The position numbers were made by a program, and so were the translations under genes. A stretch of DNA of 63,365 nucleotides, counting the filler. It is 7 parts of 7 records of this genome, joined end to end, with 100 filler letters (N's around TTAATTAATTAA, not from the genome) between each part and the next. Parts side by side here need not be neighbours in the genome. Positions count along the whole stretch, not along the records: positions 49,787 to 56,873 come from SRR31156797_2295; positions 56,974 to 63,365 come from SRR31156797_2315; 5 more parts are not named here. One strand, written 5' to 3'. Shown here piece after piece: positions 50,229 through 60,212 of the stretch (position 1 is its first letter; the number at the start of each line of letters is the position of its first letter). The notes below the pieces were generated by a model. The model ran no database searches and was not told the DNA's origin. It worked only from the letters and a program-made list of their open reading frames with translations.

Positions 50229-51353
50229 ATGACAGATCGCAATGACTGGATAGACAATCTGAAACTATTTCTGACCCTGGCGGTCATCACCCATCATGCG
50301 GCCATAGCCTACGGCGCGGAGGGATTGTTCGGCCTCAGCCATCCGAACACGACACCCGTCACATCCCTGCTGCTCACCCTTATGGTCGCCCTAAACCAGA
50401 GCTACTTCATGGGACTGTTCTTCTTCCTTTCCGCCCTCTTCTCCCCGGCCTCCATCGACAAGGCCGGACCTGGGAGCTTTATGATGAAACGGGCCTTCCG
50501 CCTGGGGCTTCCACTTCTGATCAGCGTCATCGTCATTCGCCCGTTGATCGCCTATCTGATCGATTTCCGCATAGGGGGGAATCCGGGAGATTTTCCGGGC
50601 TTCGCCCTCCACTATCTACAGAACTGGGACGGAGAGCTGGGCCCTCTCTGGTTCCTGGCTGCCCTTCTCCTCTTCCACGCCGTCTACGCTCTTTTTTATG
50701 CCCGCGGCTGCAGGCCCTCGGACAAAGCCGGGGCCCGGGGGCTTCCCGGGCGGACGGCCTTCGCCATAACCATCATCCTACTGACCGCCACCACTTGGCT
50801 CATCAGGACGGTATACCCCGTGGGAAAGAGCATCCTCTTCGGCTTTCAGCTGGGCCATTTCGCCCAGTACATCCTCGCCTACCGGCTGGGCATCATATCC
50901 GGCCGGAACGGATGGTTGGAAAAATCATCCGGCATGGATTTCAAGGGCTGGCGGAGGCTGGCCCTTTTCCTGCTGGCCCTCCTTCCCCTGGCCATGGCGG
51001 GCAGCGCTATTGGGGGAGTGACGAACGAATCCTTTATGGGAGGGAGAAACGCCTTCAGCCTCGGCTACGCCCTGTTCGAGGCCCTGGCCTTCTTCAGCAT
51101 ATCCCTGATCCTGATCGACCTGTTCCGCAGAAAACTGAACATAAGCCCCCGCTACATCAAGAGCATCAGAAGAGAGGCCTTCTTCGTCTATTTTATCCAT
51201 GAGCTCTGCCTGATCATTCTGATCGGCAGCTATTACAATTCGCCCCTTCCCCCGGCCCTGCTCTTTGTAATTGTTACCCTTTTGGGGATTGTCACAAGTT
51301 TCAGCGTGAGCCTCTGCCTGAGAAGGATGCCCCTGCTGAGGGCCGTATTCTGA
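50229..51353 (+). CDS. Acyltransferase family 3 (OpgC-like) membrane protein
   Basis: WIDNLK...V..HH, FMGLFFFLS, KRAFRLGLP, GPLWFL, VYFIH. Confidence 0.9.
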   Translation: MTDRNDWIDNLKLFLTLAVITHHAAIAYGAEGLFGLSHPNTTPVTSLLLTLMVALNQSYFMGLFFFLSALFSPASIDKAGPGSFMMKRAFRLGLPLLISVIVIRPLIAYLIDFRIGGNPGDFPGFALHYLQNWDGELGPLWFLAALLLFHAVYALFYARGCRPSDKAGARGLPGRTAFAITIILLTATTWLIRTVYPVGKSILFGFQLGHFAQYILAYRLGIISGRNGWLEKSSGMDFKGWRRLALFLLALLPLAMAGSAIGGVTNESFMGGRNAFSLGYALFEALAFFSISLILIDLFRRKLNISPRYIKSIRREAFFVYFIHELCLIILIGSYYNSPLPPALLFVIVTLLGIVTSFSVSLCLRRMPLLRAVF

Positions 51354-51416
51354 TTCAGAATGTATTCACATGGCAGAAAAGGCATGCCGCCCCCAGGCTG
51401 CACACCCGGCGCCGGT

Positions 51417-52280
51417 TCAATCGCTGAGCCGGCTGTTGATAAACTGGACCAGCTCCAGGCGGCTGGCGACGCCGAGCTTTCTGAAGATACGGGTGAAATG
51501 GGTCTTCACAGTGGAGGGCGCGATAAAGAGCTTCCCGGCGATGGCGTTATTGTCCAGTCCCAGAAGAAGGCAGTTCACAATATCCCTCTCCCGTGGGCTC
51601 AGCCCCAGTTCACGGGCTTTCTCCTCACTCACTTCGCCGCCGAGTCCCCTCTCCCCGGCCGGGTTATCCTTGAGTCTCTTGAGTTCCCAGGCCATGCCCA
51701 GGGCGATCACGGCGGCCGTCAGGGGAATGAAATGGAAGGGCAGAGGGATCAGGCGAAGCTGCTCGTTCACGATAAAAGGGGAGAGCCCAAGGATCAGCAG
51801 AGCCCCTCTGTTCCCGCTCCGCCGCAGATACAGAACCCCGCAGAACAGGATGCTGAGATAGAAAAGGTAGTCCACCGGAGAGAACCAGGGATGCAGGGAC
51901 CGGTCATAGCGGGGGAAGAACTGGTCGTACGCGAAGAGAAGGAGAGTCAGGACGACAAGGAGCCCCACATGAAGACGTCTCGGCCTGATCTTCAGCAGCA
52001 CCAGCAGGAAGTACAGCAATCCGAACAGCAGGAGAAAGTGGGAGGCCATGATCAGCATATAGGGAAGGCGCCGGTATACTGGGTCGAGGATATGGAGATT
52101 GATCCCCATATAACGATAGATCAGATTAATGAATACATCGAAACAGAAGGCGGCCTGCACGGCGAAAAGGCCTCGCGCCGCCGGCTCCCCGAAGCGTCCC
52201 CGCCTCTGATACTTCTGTATAAGCATAAAAAACAGAGCGACAAACGATACCAGATACGCCAGCAGCCAGAGATGTTCCAA
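51417..52280 (-). CDS. Membrane-embedded LuxR-family transcriptional regulator
   Basis: About 7 TM helices, then LSPRERDIV..L..GLDNNAIAGKLFIAPSTVKTH. Confidence 0.88.
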   Translation of the reverse strand: MEHLWLLAYLVSFVALFFMLIQKYQRRGRFGEPAARGLFAVQAAFCFDVFINLIYRYMGINLHILDPVYRRLPYMLIMASHFLLLFGLLYFLLVLLKIRPRRLHVGLLVVLTLLLFAYDQFFPRYDRSLHPWFSPVDYLFYLSILFCGVLYLRRSGNRGALLILGLSPFIVNEQLRLIPLPFHFIPLTAAVIALGMAWELKRLKDNPAGERGLGGEVSEEKARELGLSPRERDIVNCLLLGLDNNAIAGKLFIAPSTVKTHFTRIFRKLGVASRLELVQFINSRLSD

Positions 52281-52389
52281 GACTCCCCCTTATTCAGTCC
52301 CATTTTAACGGATAATCTGTCGCCTTGGCCAGCGAACCTTTCTGCCGGCACTCATCCGGTCATACCCCCGACGCGATATAAGAATTCAT

Positions 52390-52426
52390 TTGACAGCACT
52401 CCAAAGCAATGCTAAGTTTAACTTAG
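52390..52426 (+). promoter_or_regulatory. Sigma70 promoter with overlapping palindromic operator
   Basis: TTGACA-17 nt-TAAGTT (extended TG); inverted repeat CTAAGTT-T-AACTTAG at 52412-52426. Confidence 0.65.
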
Positions 52427-52460
52427 TATCTAAATAAGCCAAACTTAGCAGGAGAGTGTT

Positions 52461-53657
52461 TTGCCCTCAGCCGGTTCCAGAAATTCAAAAGAGCAGAGAC
52501 GGGACAACGCCTATAGAGTTCTGAATATCATAAGACAGAATAAGTCAGAGGTGTCCCGCAAGGTCCTGAACGAACAGACGGGACTCAGCTTCCCTTCGGT
52601 CAATGATATCGTCAACTACCTTCAGGATTTCCGTTTGATCAGCAGTTTTGAGGGAGAGGGCAGCAACGGAAAAAAGCTGCCCTGTTACAACTTCGCCACA
52701 GAACACTACGCCCTCCTCGGCCTGACCATCTACCCGGGCAGGGCAGTCGGTGTCTGCACCGACCCGGAAGGCGCTCTTCTGAAGGAGTTCTTCATTCCGT
52801 TCGAGGGAGACACGCCGGGTTTCCTTTCCGACATACTGTCAAACCTGGAAGAACTGAAAAGCTTCGCCCAGGCCGGGAACAGGCGTCTCCTGGCTCTGGG
52901 AGTGGGCTGTCCCGGTCTTATTGACTACAAGGAGCGGAGGATCATCTACTCCGACCAGTTCCCTCAGCTGGAGAAGCTGGACTTCGTCGATCGCTTCGAA
53001 CAGGCCCTGGGCCTCCCCTGTTTTATCGACCACAACCCCAATCTGAGCGCCTTTGCCGCCAGAACCATCGGCTCCGCCCGGGATCTGAATGACTTCATCT
53101 ACGTCATCCTCGACAGAGGCGTGGGGGGCAGCCTTTTCCACGGGGGCAGGCTCTTCAGGGGGACCTCTTCCTTTATAGGCGAGCTGGGCCATTCCAGCAT
53201 CGTCAGCGACGGAGAGCTCTGCGGCTGCGGCAACAGGGGATGCCTGGAGGCCTATGCCGCCGCCGATGCCATCCGGAGAGCCATGGAGAGCTGCGAAAGC
53301 GATGGGGAGAAGGATGCGGTTCTCCAGGACATTGCCGAAAAGATAGGCCTGGCCGTGGGAAATCTGATCTGCTTCCTGGGGATAGGGAATGTTGTTTTCG
53401 GCGGATTATCCCTTCGGAACTATCCGGAGCTCTATTACAAGATCCGTCAGGTCCTCCTTTCCCGGACCCTTCCCGTGTTCCGTCCTGATCTGGAGATCAG
53501 AAAGTCCGAAGGGGATGAGAAGGACTCGCCCATGGGGGCGGCGCTCTGGGCGGGTGAGATAGCCCTGTCCAACCTGAGCTCCCGGTTCTTCGGGGAACCG
53601 GCCCCCGATCTGCCCCTGAAGACGGATCATCTGACGAAGGGATCATTTAGCGAATAA
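52461..53657 (+). CDS. ROK-family transcriptional repressor (NagC/XylR-like)
   Basis: N-terminal HTH (SRK.L...TGLSFPSV..IV), GVGCPG, GELGH, CGCGNRGCLE; TTG start with AGGAGA SD. Confidence 0.92.
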   Translation: MPSAGSRNSKEQRRDNAYRVLNIIRQNKSEVSRKVLNEQTGLSFPSVNDIVNYLQDFRLISSFEGEGSNGKKLPCYNFATEHYALLGLTIYPGRAVGVCTDPEGALLKEFFIPFEGDTPGFLSDILSNLEELKSFAQAGNRRLLALGVGCPGLIDYKERRIIYSDQFPQLEKLDFVDRFEQALGLPCFIDHNPNLSAFAARTIGSARDLNDFIYVILDRGVGGSLFHGGRLFRGTSSFIGELGHSSIVSDGELCGCGNRGCLEAYAAADAIRRAMESCESDGEKDAVLQDIAEKIGLAVGNLICFLGIGNVVFGGLSLRNYPELYYKIRQVLLSRTLPVFRPDLEIRKSEGDEKDSPMGAALWAGEIALSNLSSRFFGEPAPDLPLKTDHLTKGSFSE

Positions 53658-53714
53658 TCGGAACCCGGATTGCCCGGTCCGATTGATAATATTTTTTTGA
53701 AAGGAGTCTAAGAA

Positions 53715-55046
53715 ATGAAAAGGAAGAGAGTCTTAACGACCCTGGCGCTTATCGTGTTGGCAAGCGCAGGCGCCTTTGCCAACGGCCAGGCGGAGGAGCC
53801 ATCGTCCTCAGGCGGAAGCCTTGAAATCTTCGCGTTCGCCGGTCCTATAAAGGAAGCATTCTGGCAGGAGGCCGTCAGTGAGTTCAACACCCGCTTTCCA
53901 GAGACAGAGGTTGCGCTCACCACAGGCCCCAAGATAAATGACCAGGTCAGGATCAATATCGCTGCCGGAAATGCTCCCGATATCTATTTTAGTGCAGGGG
54001 CCGGAAAAATATCAATTCCCCAGCTTGTGGCCGAGGATCTGATAAGCCCCCTTGACGACCTTCTCTCCGGGCCCGACTGGGAGAACAAGGGAAGCCTTGA
54101 GCAGTCCATCCTTCCCGGCCGGGTTCAGAAGCTGGACGGCAGGACATACGGTATAGAGGTTCCCTTCCATCTGGGCGGTTTCTTCTACCACGAGCCCACC
54201 TTCGAAGAGCATGGCTGGAAGGTACCCGGCAACTTCCGGGACTTTATGGAGCTATCCCCCCGCATTGCCGCCGACGGCATGTCTCCCATGGTGACCACGG
54301 GCATCTACCCCTACTATTTCGAACACTTCGTGATGCGGGGCTCGGTAGTCTCGGACGGAGGCAAACAGGCCGCTCTGGACTGGGTGAACCTGAAGCCCGG
54401 ATTCTTCACTTCGGACGTATTCAAAGGCGTCGTGGAAAAACTGGAATGGACCGTTCAAAACGGATACCTGATGGGTGAGTCCGCCGGTCTGAACCATACG
54501 GCGAGCCAGACGGAGTGGGTTCACAGCAAGGCCGCCTTCATCCCCTGCGGCACCTGGCTGGAAAGCGAGATGAAGAACGACTTCCCCGAAGGATTTGCCG
54601 AAGGCATCCGCTTCATGCCCTCCTTTATGATCAACGAGAAGAGTCCCCTTATCGTCACCACCTACGGCAACGCTCCGGTTACCGTATTCAAGGGCGATGA
54701 CGAGGCGGCGGCCAAGGAGTTTATCCGGGCCCTCTACTCCCCCCGGGTCATGGCCAAGCTGACGGAAATCACAAACATCATGTCCAATGTCCCCGAGGCC
54801 AACGACATCTCCCGGAAAAGCCCCGCCATCACCAGCGCGGTGAACTGGATGAACGATGCGGACAGCGTGAACTGGCCCGTGGGAGGCTATTCCACCCAGG
54901 ACGTGACCAAGGCCATTCAGGGCAATCTTCAGGGACTGATGTCCGGTCAGCTGACGAGTGACGAGTTCTGCAAGAATGTGGAAGCCGCCGCCGAGAAGGT
55001 AAGGAACGACGGCTCCATCAGCTACTTCGAAGCCTATATCCCCTGA
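53715..55046 (+). CDS. Carbohydrate ABC transporter substrate-binding protein (NgcE-like)
   Basis: FANGQAE spirochete-style N-terminus; HTASQTEW..SKAAFIPCGTWLESEM. Confidence 0.85.
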   Translation: MKRKRVLTTLALIVLASAGAFANGQAEEPSSSGGSLEIFAFAGPIKEAFWQEAVSEFNTRFPETEVALTTGPKINDQVRINIAAGNAPDIYFSAGAGKISIPQLVAEDLISPLDDLLSGPDWENKGSLEQSILPGRVQKLDGRTYGIEVPFHLGGFFYHEPTFEEHGWKVPGNFRDFMELSPRIAADGMSPMVTTGIYPYYFEHFVMRGSVVSDGGKQAALDWVNLKPGFFTSDVFKGVVEKLEWTVQNGYLMGESAGLNHTASQTEWVHSKAAFIPCGTWLESEMKNDFPEGFAEGIRFMPSFMINEKSPLIVTTYGNAPVTVFKGDDEAAAKEFIRALYSPRVMAKLTEITNIMSNVPEANDISRKSPAITSAVNWMNDADSVNWPVGGYSTQDVTKAIQGNLQGLMSGQLTSDEFCKNVEAAAEKVRNDGSISYFEAYIP

Positions 55047-55053
55047 CCCCGGC

Positions 55054-55082
55054 AAGGCCGCTCTCCGCCGGGGAGCGGCCTT
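55054..55082 (+). other. Strong hairpin after the binding-protein gene (probable mRNA stabiliser)
   Basis: AAGGCCGCTCTCC-gcc-GGGGAGCGGCCTT without a U tract. Confidence 0.6.
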
Positions 55083-55132
55083 CGGCAGCTCATCCATCTT
55101 CATAAAATAAAAAACCATAGGAGGTAACCCCC

Positions 55133-56056
55133 TTGTCCAACTCATCCCTGATCAAGGGCAATGCCGTCAACAGAAAGGATATGATTCTATTCGTGATCCT
55201 GGGTCTCGCCCCGGCCATGATCCTGTCCTTCTGGCTCCATATCTATCCCGTCATCCAGGGCCTGCAGATCAGCATGTTCCGCTGGAGCGGGCTTTCCGCA
55301 AAGAAAAGCTTCTTCGGCCTGGGAAACTACAAACTGCTTCTCTCAGATCCGATCGTCTGGCAGGCCCTGGGCCACGACCTTTACATCGTCCTGTTCAAGA
55401 GCCTGTTCACCATGGCCCTGGCCCTGCTTTTCTCCCTGACCCTGTACTACTCCCGCAGCCGCAGCCAGAAAATCTTCCAGGGCATACTGTTTTTCCCCAA
55501 TATTCTGTCTGTGGCCATCGTGGGCATTCTGTTCACCTTTATCTACAACCCCTCCATCGGCCTGCTGAACGCCCTGTTGGAGCAGCTCGGCCTGGAGGGA
55601 TGGACCCGGGCATGGCTGGGCGAGCACGATACGGCCCTGAAGGCCATACTCTTTCCCTCGGTCTGGGGAGCCGTGGGCTATCAGATGCTCCTGATCGGAG
55701 CGGGATTGAGCGCCATCCCCGATTCCTATTTTGAGGTGGGACGCCTTGAGGGAAGCTCGGGCATTCAGGACTTCCTCTACATCGTCTTCCCCCTGCTGCG
55801 CAATGTATTGAAAACCTGCCTGTCCCTGCTGATCATCAACACATTGAACGAGACCTTCATCTTTATCCGGGTGATGACGGGTGGCGGCCCCAACCACGCG
55901 ACCGAGGTGCTGGGAACCTATATGTACTACCAGGCCTTTGAGAACTTCCGCTTCGGCTACGGCACCAGCGTCGCTGTGATCAACTTCCTGACCGCCCTGG
56001 TTCTGACCTTTGCGGTTACCCGCCTTATGAAGAAGGAGGATCTGGAATATGCCTGA
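55133..56056 (+). CDS. Carbohydrate ABC transporter permease 1
   Basis: FFGLGNY..L, FFPNILS, GLLN.LL, AGLSAIP.SYFEVGRLEG (EAA loop), FGYG. Confidence 0.92.
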   Translation: MSNSSLIKGNAVNRKDMILFVILGLAPAMILSFWLHIYPVIQGLQISMFRWSGLSAKKSFFGLGNYKLLLSDPIVWQALGHDLYIVLFKSLFTMALALLFSLTLYYSRSRSQKIFQGILFFPNILSVAIVGILFTFIYNPSIGLLNALLEQLGLEGWTRAWLGEHDTALKAILFPSVWGAVGYQMLLIGAGLSAIPDSYFEVGRLEGSSGIQDFLYIVFPLLRNVLKTCLSLLIINTLNETFIFIRVMTGGGPNHATEVLGTYMYYQAFENFRFGYGTSVAVINFLTALVLTFAVTRLMKKEDLEYA

Positions 56057-56873
56057 TAAGAGAAGAATATCCCTTCCCCGGCTTCTGGCCCTTCTCCTCC
56101 TGCTGCTGTGGACGGTCATGATCGTCTATCCCATGATCTGGACGGTTCTGGGCTCTCTGAAGAACAACGCAGAGCTCTATGACAATCCCTGGGGGCTGCC
56201 TGCCATCCTCCATCCGGAAAACTATGCCAAGGCCTGGAGCGAGGCCAATATCAGCCGCTACTTTGTCAACAGCATCTTCGTCACCGCCGTTTCGGTAGGC
56301 GCCGGTGTCTTCCTTTCCGTTCTGGCGGCCTATATCGTCTGCCGCTTCCCCTTTCCCCTGGTGAGAGCCTGCTTTACGGTTATGACCCTCTCGATGATGC
56401 TCCCCCTGGTGCTGACCCTGGTCCCCAAGTTCATGCTGATAAAAAGCGCCGGGTTCCTGGACAGCCATCTGGGCCTAATCCTGATCTATGTGGCCGGGGG
56501 CGTTCCCTTCGGAGTCTTTACCATGGAGGCCTACTACAGGACCCTCCCCGTGGACTTCGAGGAATCCGCCTACCTGGACGGGGCCACCCCCTTGAGAACC
56601 TTCGTCAGCATCATCATGCCCGTCACGACCTCGGGTACGGCGGTGGTTTCCATCTTCCTCTTCCTGCGCAGCTGGAACGAGGTCTACCATGCCATGATCC
56701 TGCTCCTCTCGGAAGGGAAGTACACGATCCCCCTGGGTATGATCAAGCTGATAGAGGTACAGCAGTACGCCGTGGAAATGGGACCGATCCTGGCGGGAGT
56801 GACCATCGCCGTCATCCCCATCCTCTTCTTCTACGCCCTCTCACAGAAAAAACTTGTAGCCGGACTGACCGAA
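56049..56873 (+). CDS. Carbohydrate ABC transporter permease 2, 3'-truncated
   Basis: SLK, ENY.KAW, YFVNS, LP.DFEESAYLDGA, SWNE; overlaps the previous stop. Confidence 0.92.
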
Positions 56874-56973
56874 NNNNNNNNNNNNNNNNNNNNNNNNNNN
56901 NNNNNNNNNNNNNNNNNTTAATTAATTAANNNNNNNNNNNNNNNNNNNNNNNNNNNNNNNNNNNNNNNNNNNN
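56874..56973. other. Artificial contig spacer
   Basis: N44-TTAATTAATTAA-N44. Confidence 0.98.
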
Positions 56974-56982
56974 AGGTTCGTC

Positions 56983-59900
56983 ATGTCTTTATCTGCGCAC
57001 CGTCGTAACCAAGGCTCTACCCGGAAATCACTTTCGGTCATTCTCATTGCATGTCTGTGCCTGAGCAGTATTGCCTCAGCATCTCCGTCCACGTTCGGCG
57101 GCGACATCATGATGTCCTATGCACTACGGACTGACCATACACTCTGGGCATGGGGCAGTTTCCTGGTGGGACCGCTCGGACCGAATGTTGAAGGTGGTTC
57201 AGATGTTCCGGTTCAGGTTGTGGATTACACGGACATCATCGCGGCATCCAGTGGAAATGCCCACATGGTGATTGTGCGTGAGAATGGGACCGTCTGGGCG
57301 TGGGGATTTGACGGGTGGGGGCAGATCGGCCAAGGAAAACCTTCCCCTGAAGACGGTTTCTATGATGACCCCGTGCAGGTTGATGGGATATCGGAGATCA
57401 TTGATGTCTCAGCTGGCGTATCCCACAACCTTGTAATCAACAGCAATGGAGAGATCTGGGGGTGGGGACTCAATGGCAGCGGACAGATCGGCATCGGTAC
57501 GGATACCGACGTGTACACCGCTGAGAAGATTGATCTGAACAATGTGATTGATATATCTGCCGGCTGGACCCATAGCCTGGCGCTCCGCCAGGATGGAACG
57601 GTCTGGGCGTGGGGCGCCAATTCCCTGGGCCAGCTCGGCGACGGAACGCAGGATGAACAATGGGAACCTCAGCAGGTTTCGGGACTGACGGATATTGTCG
57701 CGATCTCTGCCTGCTACCACAGCCTTGCGCTTTCGGCAAACGGCGAGGTCTGGATGTGGGGTATCACGTGGACTGGTGATCCTGCAGAACAGGGTACCCA
57801 GATGTTCAATCCAACACCTGTTGCAGGGTTGAATGGCGTTATCGACATTGCGGATGGTGCTTCGCACAGTATGGCCTTGAAAGCCGATGGAACCGTCTGG
57901 ACATGGGGAATGAACGAAAACGGCCAGCTTGGGGACGGAACCACCGACGACAGTTTCACTCCGGTGCAGGTCGCGAACCTGACTGATGTCGTTGCGATCG
58001 CTTCCGGAGATTACCACTGCCTGGCCGTCAAGGAAGATGGCACATTATGGGCATGGGGCATGGGTGGTCCGATCGGTGATGGTTCAAACGAAGACCAGCT
58101 TGTACCGGTTCAGGTTCTCACGGGTGTAATGATTGATCCAGATGCTTCCCCCGATGAGTTGTGGGTATCCAATTACACCGGTGTAACGGACTCTGTCGTA
58201 TCCACCATGATCTGGAAGTCCGATCTTAAAAATGGAGCCACCGTTGAACTCAAAAACGGCGAGACTGTCGTCGTCGAAGCGGATGTGTATTATGAAACAG
58301 GTGGTTACCTCACGGCGACCTTCGATCTGACAGGCGTCGATGTTGGAGAGTATGACCTGATCATCACCAACACCGATGAGCAGGAATTGACGGCACCCGA
58401 ATCATTCGTGGTTGAAGCCGAAAAGAACATCGATCTGCACCTGGATATTCTCGCCCGTGATGCGATCCGCGTGGATCAGCCGCAGACGTTCACCGTACTC
58501 TTCAGTAACCGAGGAAACGTCGATGCGGTTGGTGTGCCGCTGTTCATCTCCGGGATTCCCTCGGATGCGACATTCGAGCCGCTGTTCGATATTGGTCTGC
58601 CGCCTGAGTTTACCTTCTCGGATATGATCGACTACAGCGAGATTCCGACCACCCTGGAAATCAACGATGAGATTTACCTGCCGCTGTTCGTTCCGGTGAT
58701 TTATGCGGGCGATACGCAAACCTACCAGTTCCGCATTACGATGCATTCCGAGCAGCAGTTCCAGATTCGTGCGTGGACGGGCCAGCCACTTTTCAGTTCG
58801 CCATTGAAAACCTCCTGGGAAGAATGTCTCAAGGTGATCGGGAAAGAAGCGTTTGCGAAACTTCCTCCAGTCATCGACTGCGCCCTGGCGATGGATGAAT
58901 TGGGCGAGAAATTCTTCGAGTTCCAGCGACCCGGTGGTGCGAGCCTGACGTCGTTCTTTTATCTGGTCACGGCAACTTTGAATGCGGGGGTGCAGTGCGG
59001 TGGCGAGGCGTTCGCGCCGTACACACTCGGAGGATCCATGCTGGTCGAAGGGGTCGCTGACGCGCTGATCATCCTGATGACGGCTACGGACCCGAAATGT
59101 CTTGATGCTCTCATGAAAACTGCGGATGCGATCAGTAACTTGATTTCCAGTGTTCTGTCCATTGATCCCAACGACAAGGCCAGTTCCACAGACGGAACCG
59201 AGGATGGTTTCTTTGCCGGGGATCAGCCATTGAGCTATGCCGTCTTCTTCGAGAACCTGGAATCGGCATCCGCGGCGGCGAGGGAGGTCGTCATTACCGA
59301 TCAACTCGACACGGAGAGTCTGGACTTGAGCACGCTGGAGCTGGGGATCATCACTTTCGGTGAGACGACGGTGTCTCCACCACCCGGTCAAAGCAGTTAC
59401 ACAACGGATGTGGATCTACGGCCGGACCAGGACATCCTTGTTCATATCGAGGTCTCGTTGAATCAATCGACCGGCGTCCTGACATGGGCGTTTTCGACGC
59501 TCGATCCGGAGACCAGCGAGCCACCGGACGATCCGCTCGCCGGCTTCCTGCCTCCCAACGTGACATCACCGGAAGGTGAAGGAAGCGTGCTGTTTACCGT
59601 TATGGCGAAACAACCTCCGGTCTCCGGCACGGTGATTACGAACCAGGCATCGATCGTCTTTGATACGAATGAAGCGATTGAGACGTCTGAAGTAACGAAC
59701 ACCATCGATAATAATGCTCCGGCCAGTGAAGTGGATGCTTTATCCTCTACGCAGCGAAACACGCAGTTTACCGTGTCCTGGAGTGGAACGGACAACACGA
59801 ACGGTTCTGGGATTCGCGATTACACAATATACGTGGGCATCGACGGCGCTGACGCAGAAACCTGGCTCGTAGACACAACCGAAACTTCGGCGACGTATAC

Positions 59901-60123
59901 CGGTGAGCGGGGACACACCTACAGCTTCTACAGCATCGCAACGGACAACGTGGGGAATGTGGAAGCCATGCCCGATACACCCGATGTGACGACAACCATT
60001 TCCACCAGTTCGTCGAATGGGTCATCCGGACAGACGGGTGGCATGTGTGGCTTTGGAGCTCCGGCTGCTACATTCTTCACAATGGGGATTCTGCTGACTC
60101 TGAGACTGCATCGTCGTAGATAG
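56983..60123 (+). CDS. Secreted/surface protein: RCC1 (BLIP-II-like) propeller, Ig-like domains, SxDPNDK domain, FN3-like domain, C-terminal Cys-Gly/TM/basic anchor
   Basis: Signal peptide; about 7 HSLAL..DGTVWAWG.N..GQLGDG repeats; SIDPNDK, YAVFFEN, ITNQASIVFD; YSFYSIATDNVGN; GGMCGFG...RLHRRR. Confidence 0.88.
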   Translation: MSLSAHRRNQGSTRKSLSVILIACLCLSSIASASPSTFGGDIMMSYALRTDHTLWAWGSFLVGPLGPNVEGGSDVPVQVVDYTDIIAASSGNAHMVIVRENGTVWAWGFDGWGQIGQGKPSPEDGFYDDPVQVDGISEIIDVSAGVSHNLVINSNGEIWGWGLNGSGQIGIGTDTDVYTAEKIDLNNVIDISAGWTHSLALRQDGTVWAWGANSLGQLGDGTQDEQWEPQQVSGLTDIVAISACYHSLALSANGEVWMWGITWTGDPAEQGTQMFNPTPVAGLNGVIDIADGASHSMALKADGTVWTWGMNENGQLGDGTTDDSFTPVQVANLTDVVAIASGDYHCLAVKEDGTLWAWGMGGPIGDGSNEDQLVPVQVLTGVMIDPDASPDELWVSNYTGVTDSVVSTMIWKSDLKNGATVELKNGETVVVEADVYYETGGYLTATFDLTGVDVGEYDLIITNTDEQELTAPESFVVEAEKNIDLHLDILARDAIRVDQPQTFTVLFSNRGNVDAVGVPLFISGIPSDATFEPLFDIGLPPEFTFSDMIDYSEIPTTLEINDEIYLPLFVPVIYAGDTQTYQFRITMHSEQQFQIRAWTGQPLFSSPLKTSWEECLKVIGKEAFAKLPPVIDCALAMDELGEKFFEFQRPGGASLTSFFYLVTATLNAGVQCGGEAFAPYTLGGSMLVEGVADALIILMTATDPKCLDALMKTADAISNLISSVLSIDPNDKASSTDGTEDGFFAGDQPLSYAVFFENLESASAAAREVVITDQLDTESLDLSTLELGIITFGETTVSPPPGQSSYTTDVDLRPDQDILVHIEVSLNQSTGVLTWAFSTLDPETSEPPDDPLAGFLPPNVTSPEGEGSVLFTVMAKQPPVSGTVITNQASIVFDTNEAIETSEVTNTIDNNAPASEVDALSSTQRNTQFTVSWSGTDNTNGSGIRDYTIYVGIDGADAETWLVDTTETSATYTGERGHTYSFYSIATDNVGNVEAMPDTPDVTTTISTSSSNGSSGQTGGMCGFGAPAATFFTMGILLTLRLHRRR

Positions 60124-60151
60124 CGATGCGTTTCAGACTTTGTGCTTTAAC

Positions 60152-60192
60152 AAAAACCCCTGAGTCGACGTTTTCGGCGGCTCAGGGGTTTT
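60152..60192. terminator. Bidirectional intrinsic terminator
   Basis: AAAACCCCTGAGTCG...CGGCTCAGGGGTTTT between convergent genes. Confidence 0.85.
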
Positions 60193-60212
60193 ATCTTGAG
60201 ATACAGATTTCG

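Noticed and set aside
51360-52415. 351-aa plus-strand ORF
   Set aside because: Antisense to the membrane LuxR gene in GC-rich DNA; Q/E-rich composition typical of the reverse of a hydrophobic gene
54252-56468. Several long minus-strand ORFs over the ABC transporter genes
   Set aside because: Antisense shadows from high-GC codon bias
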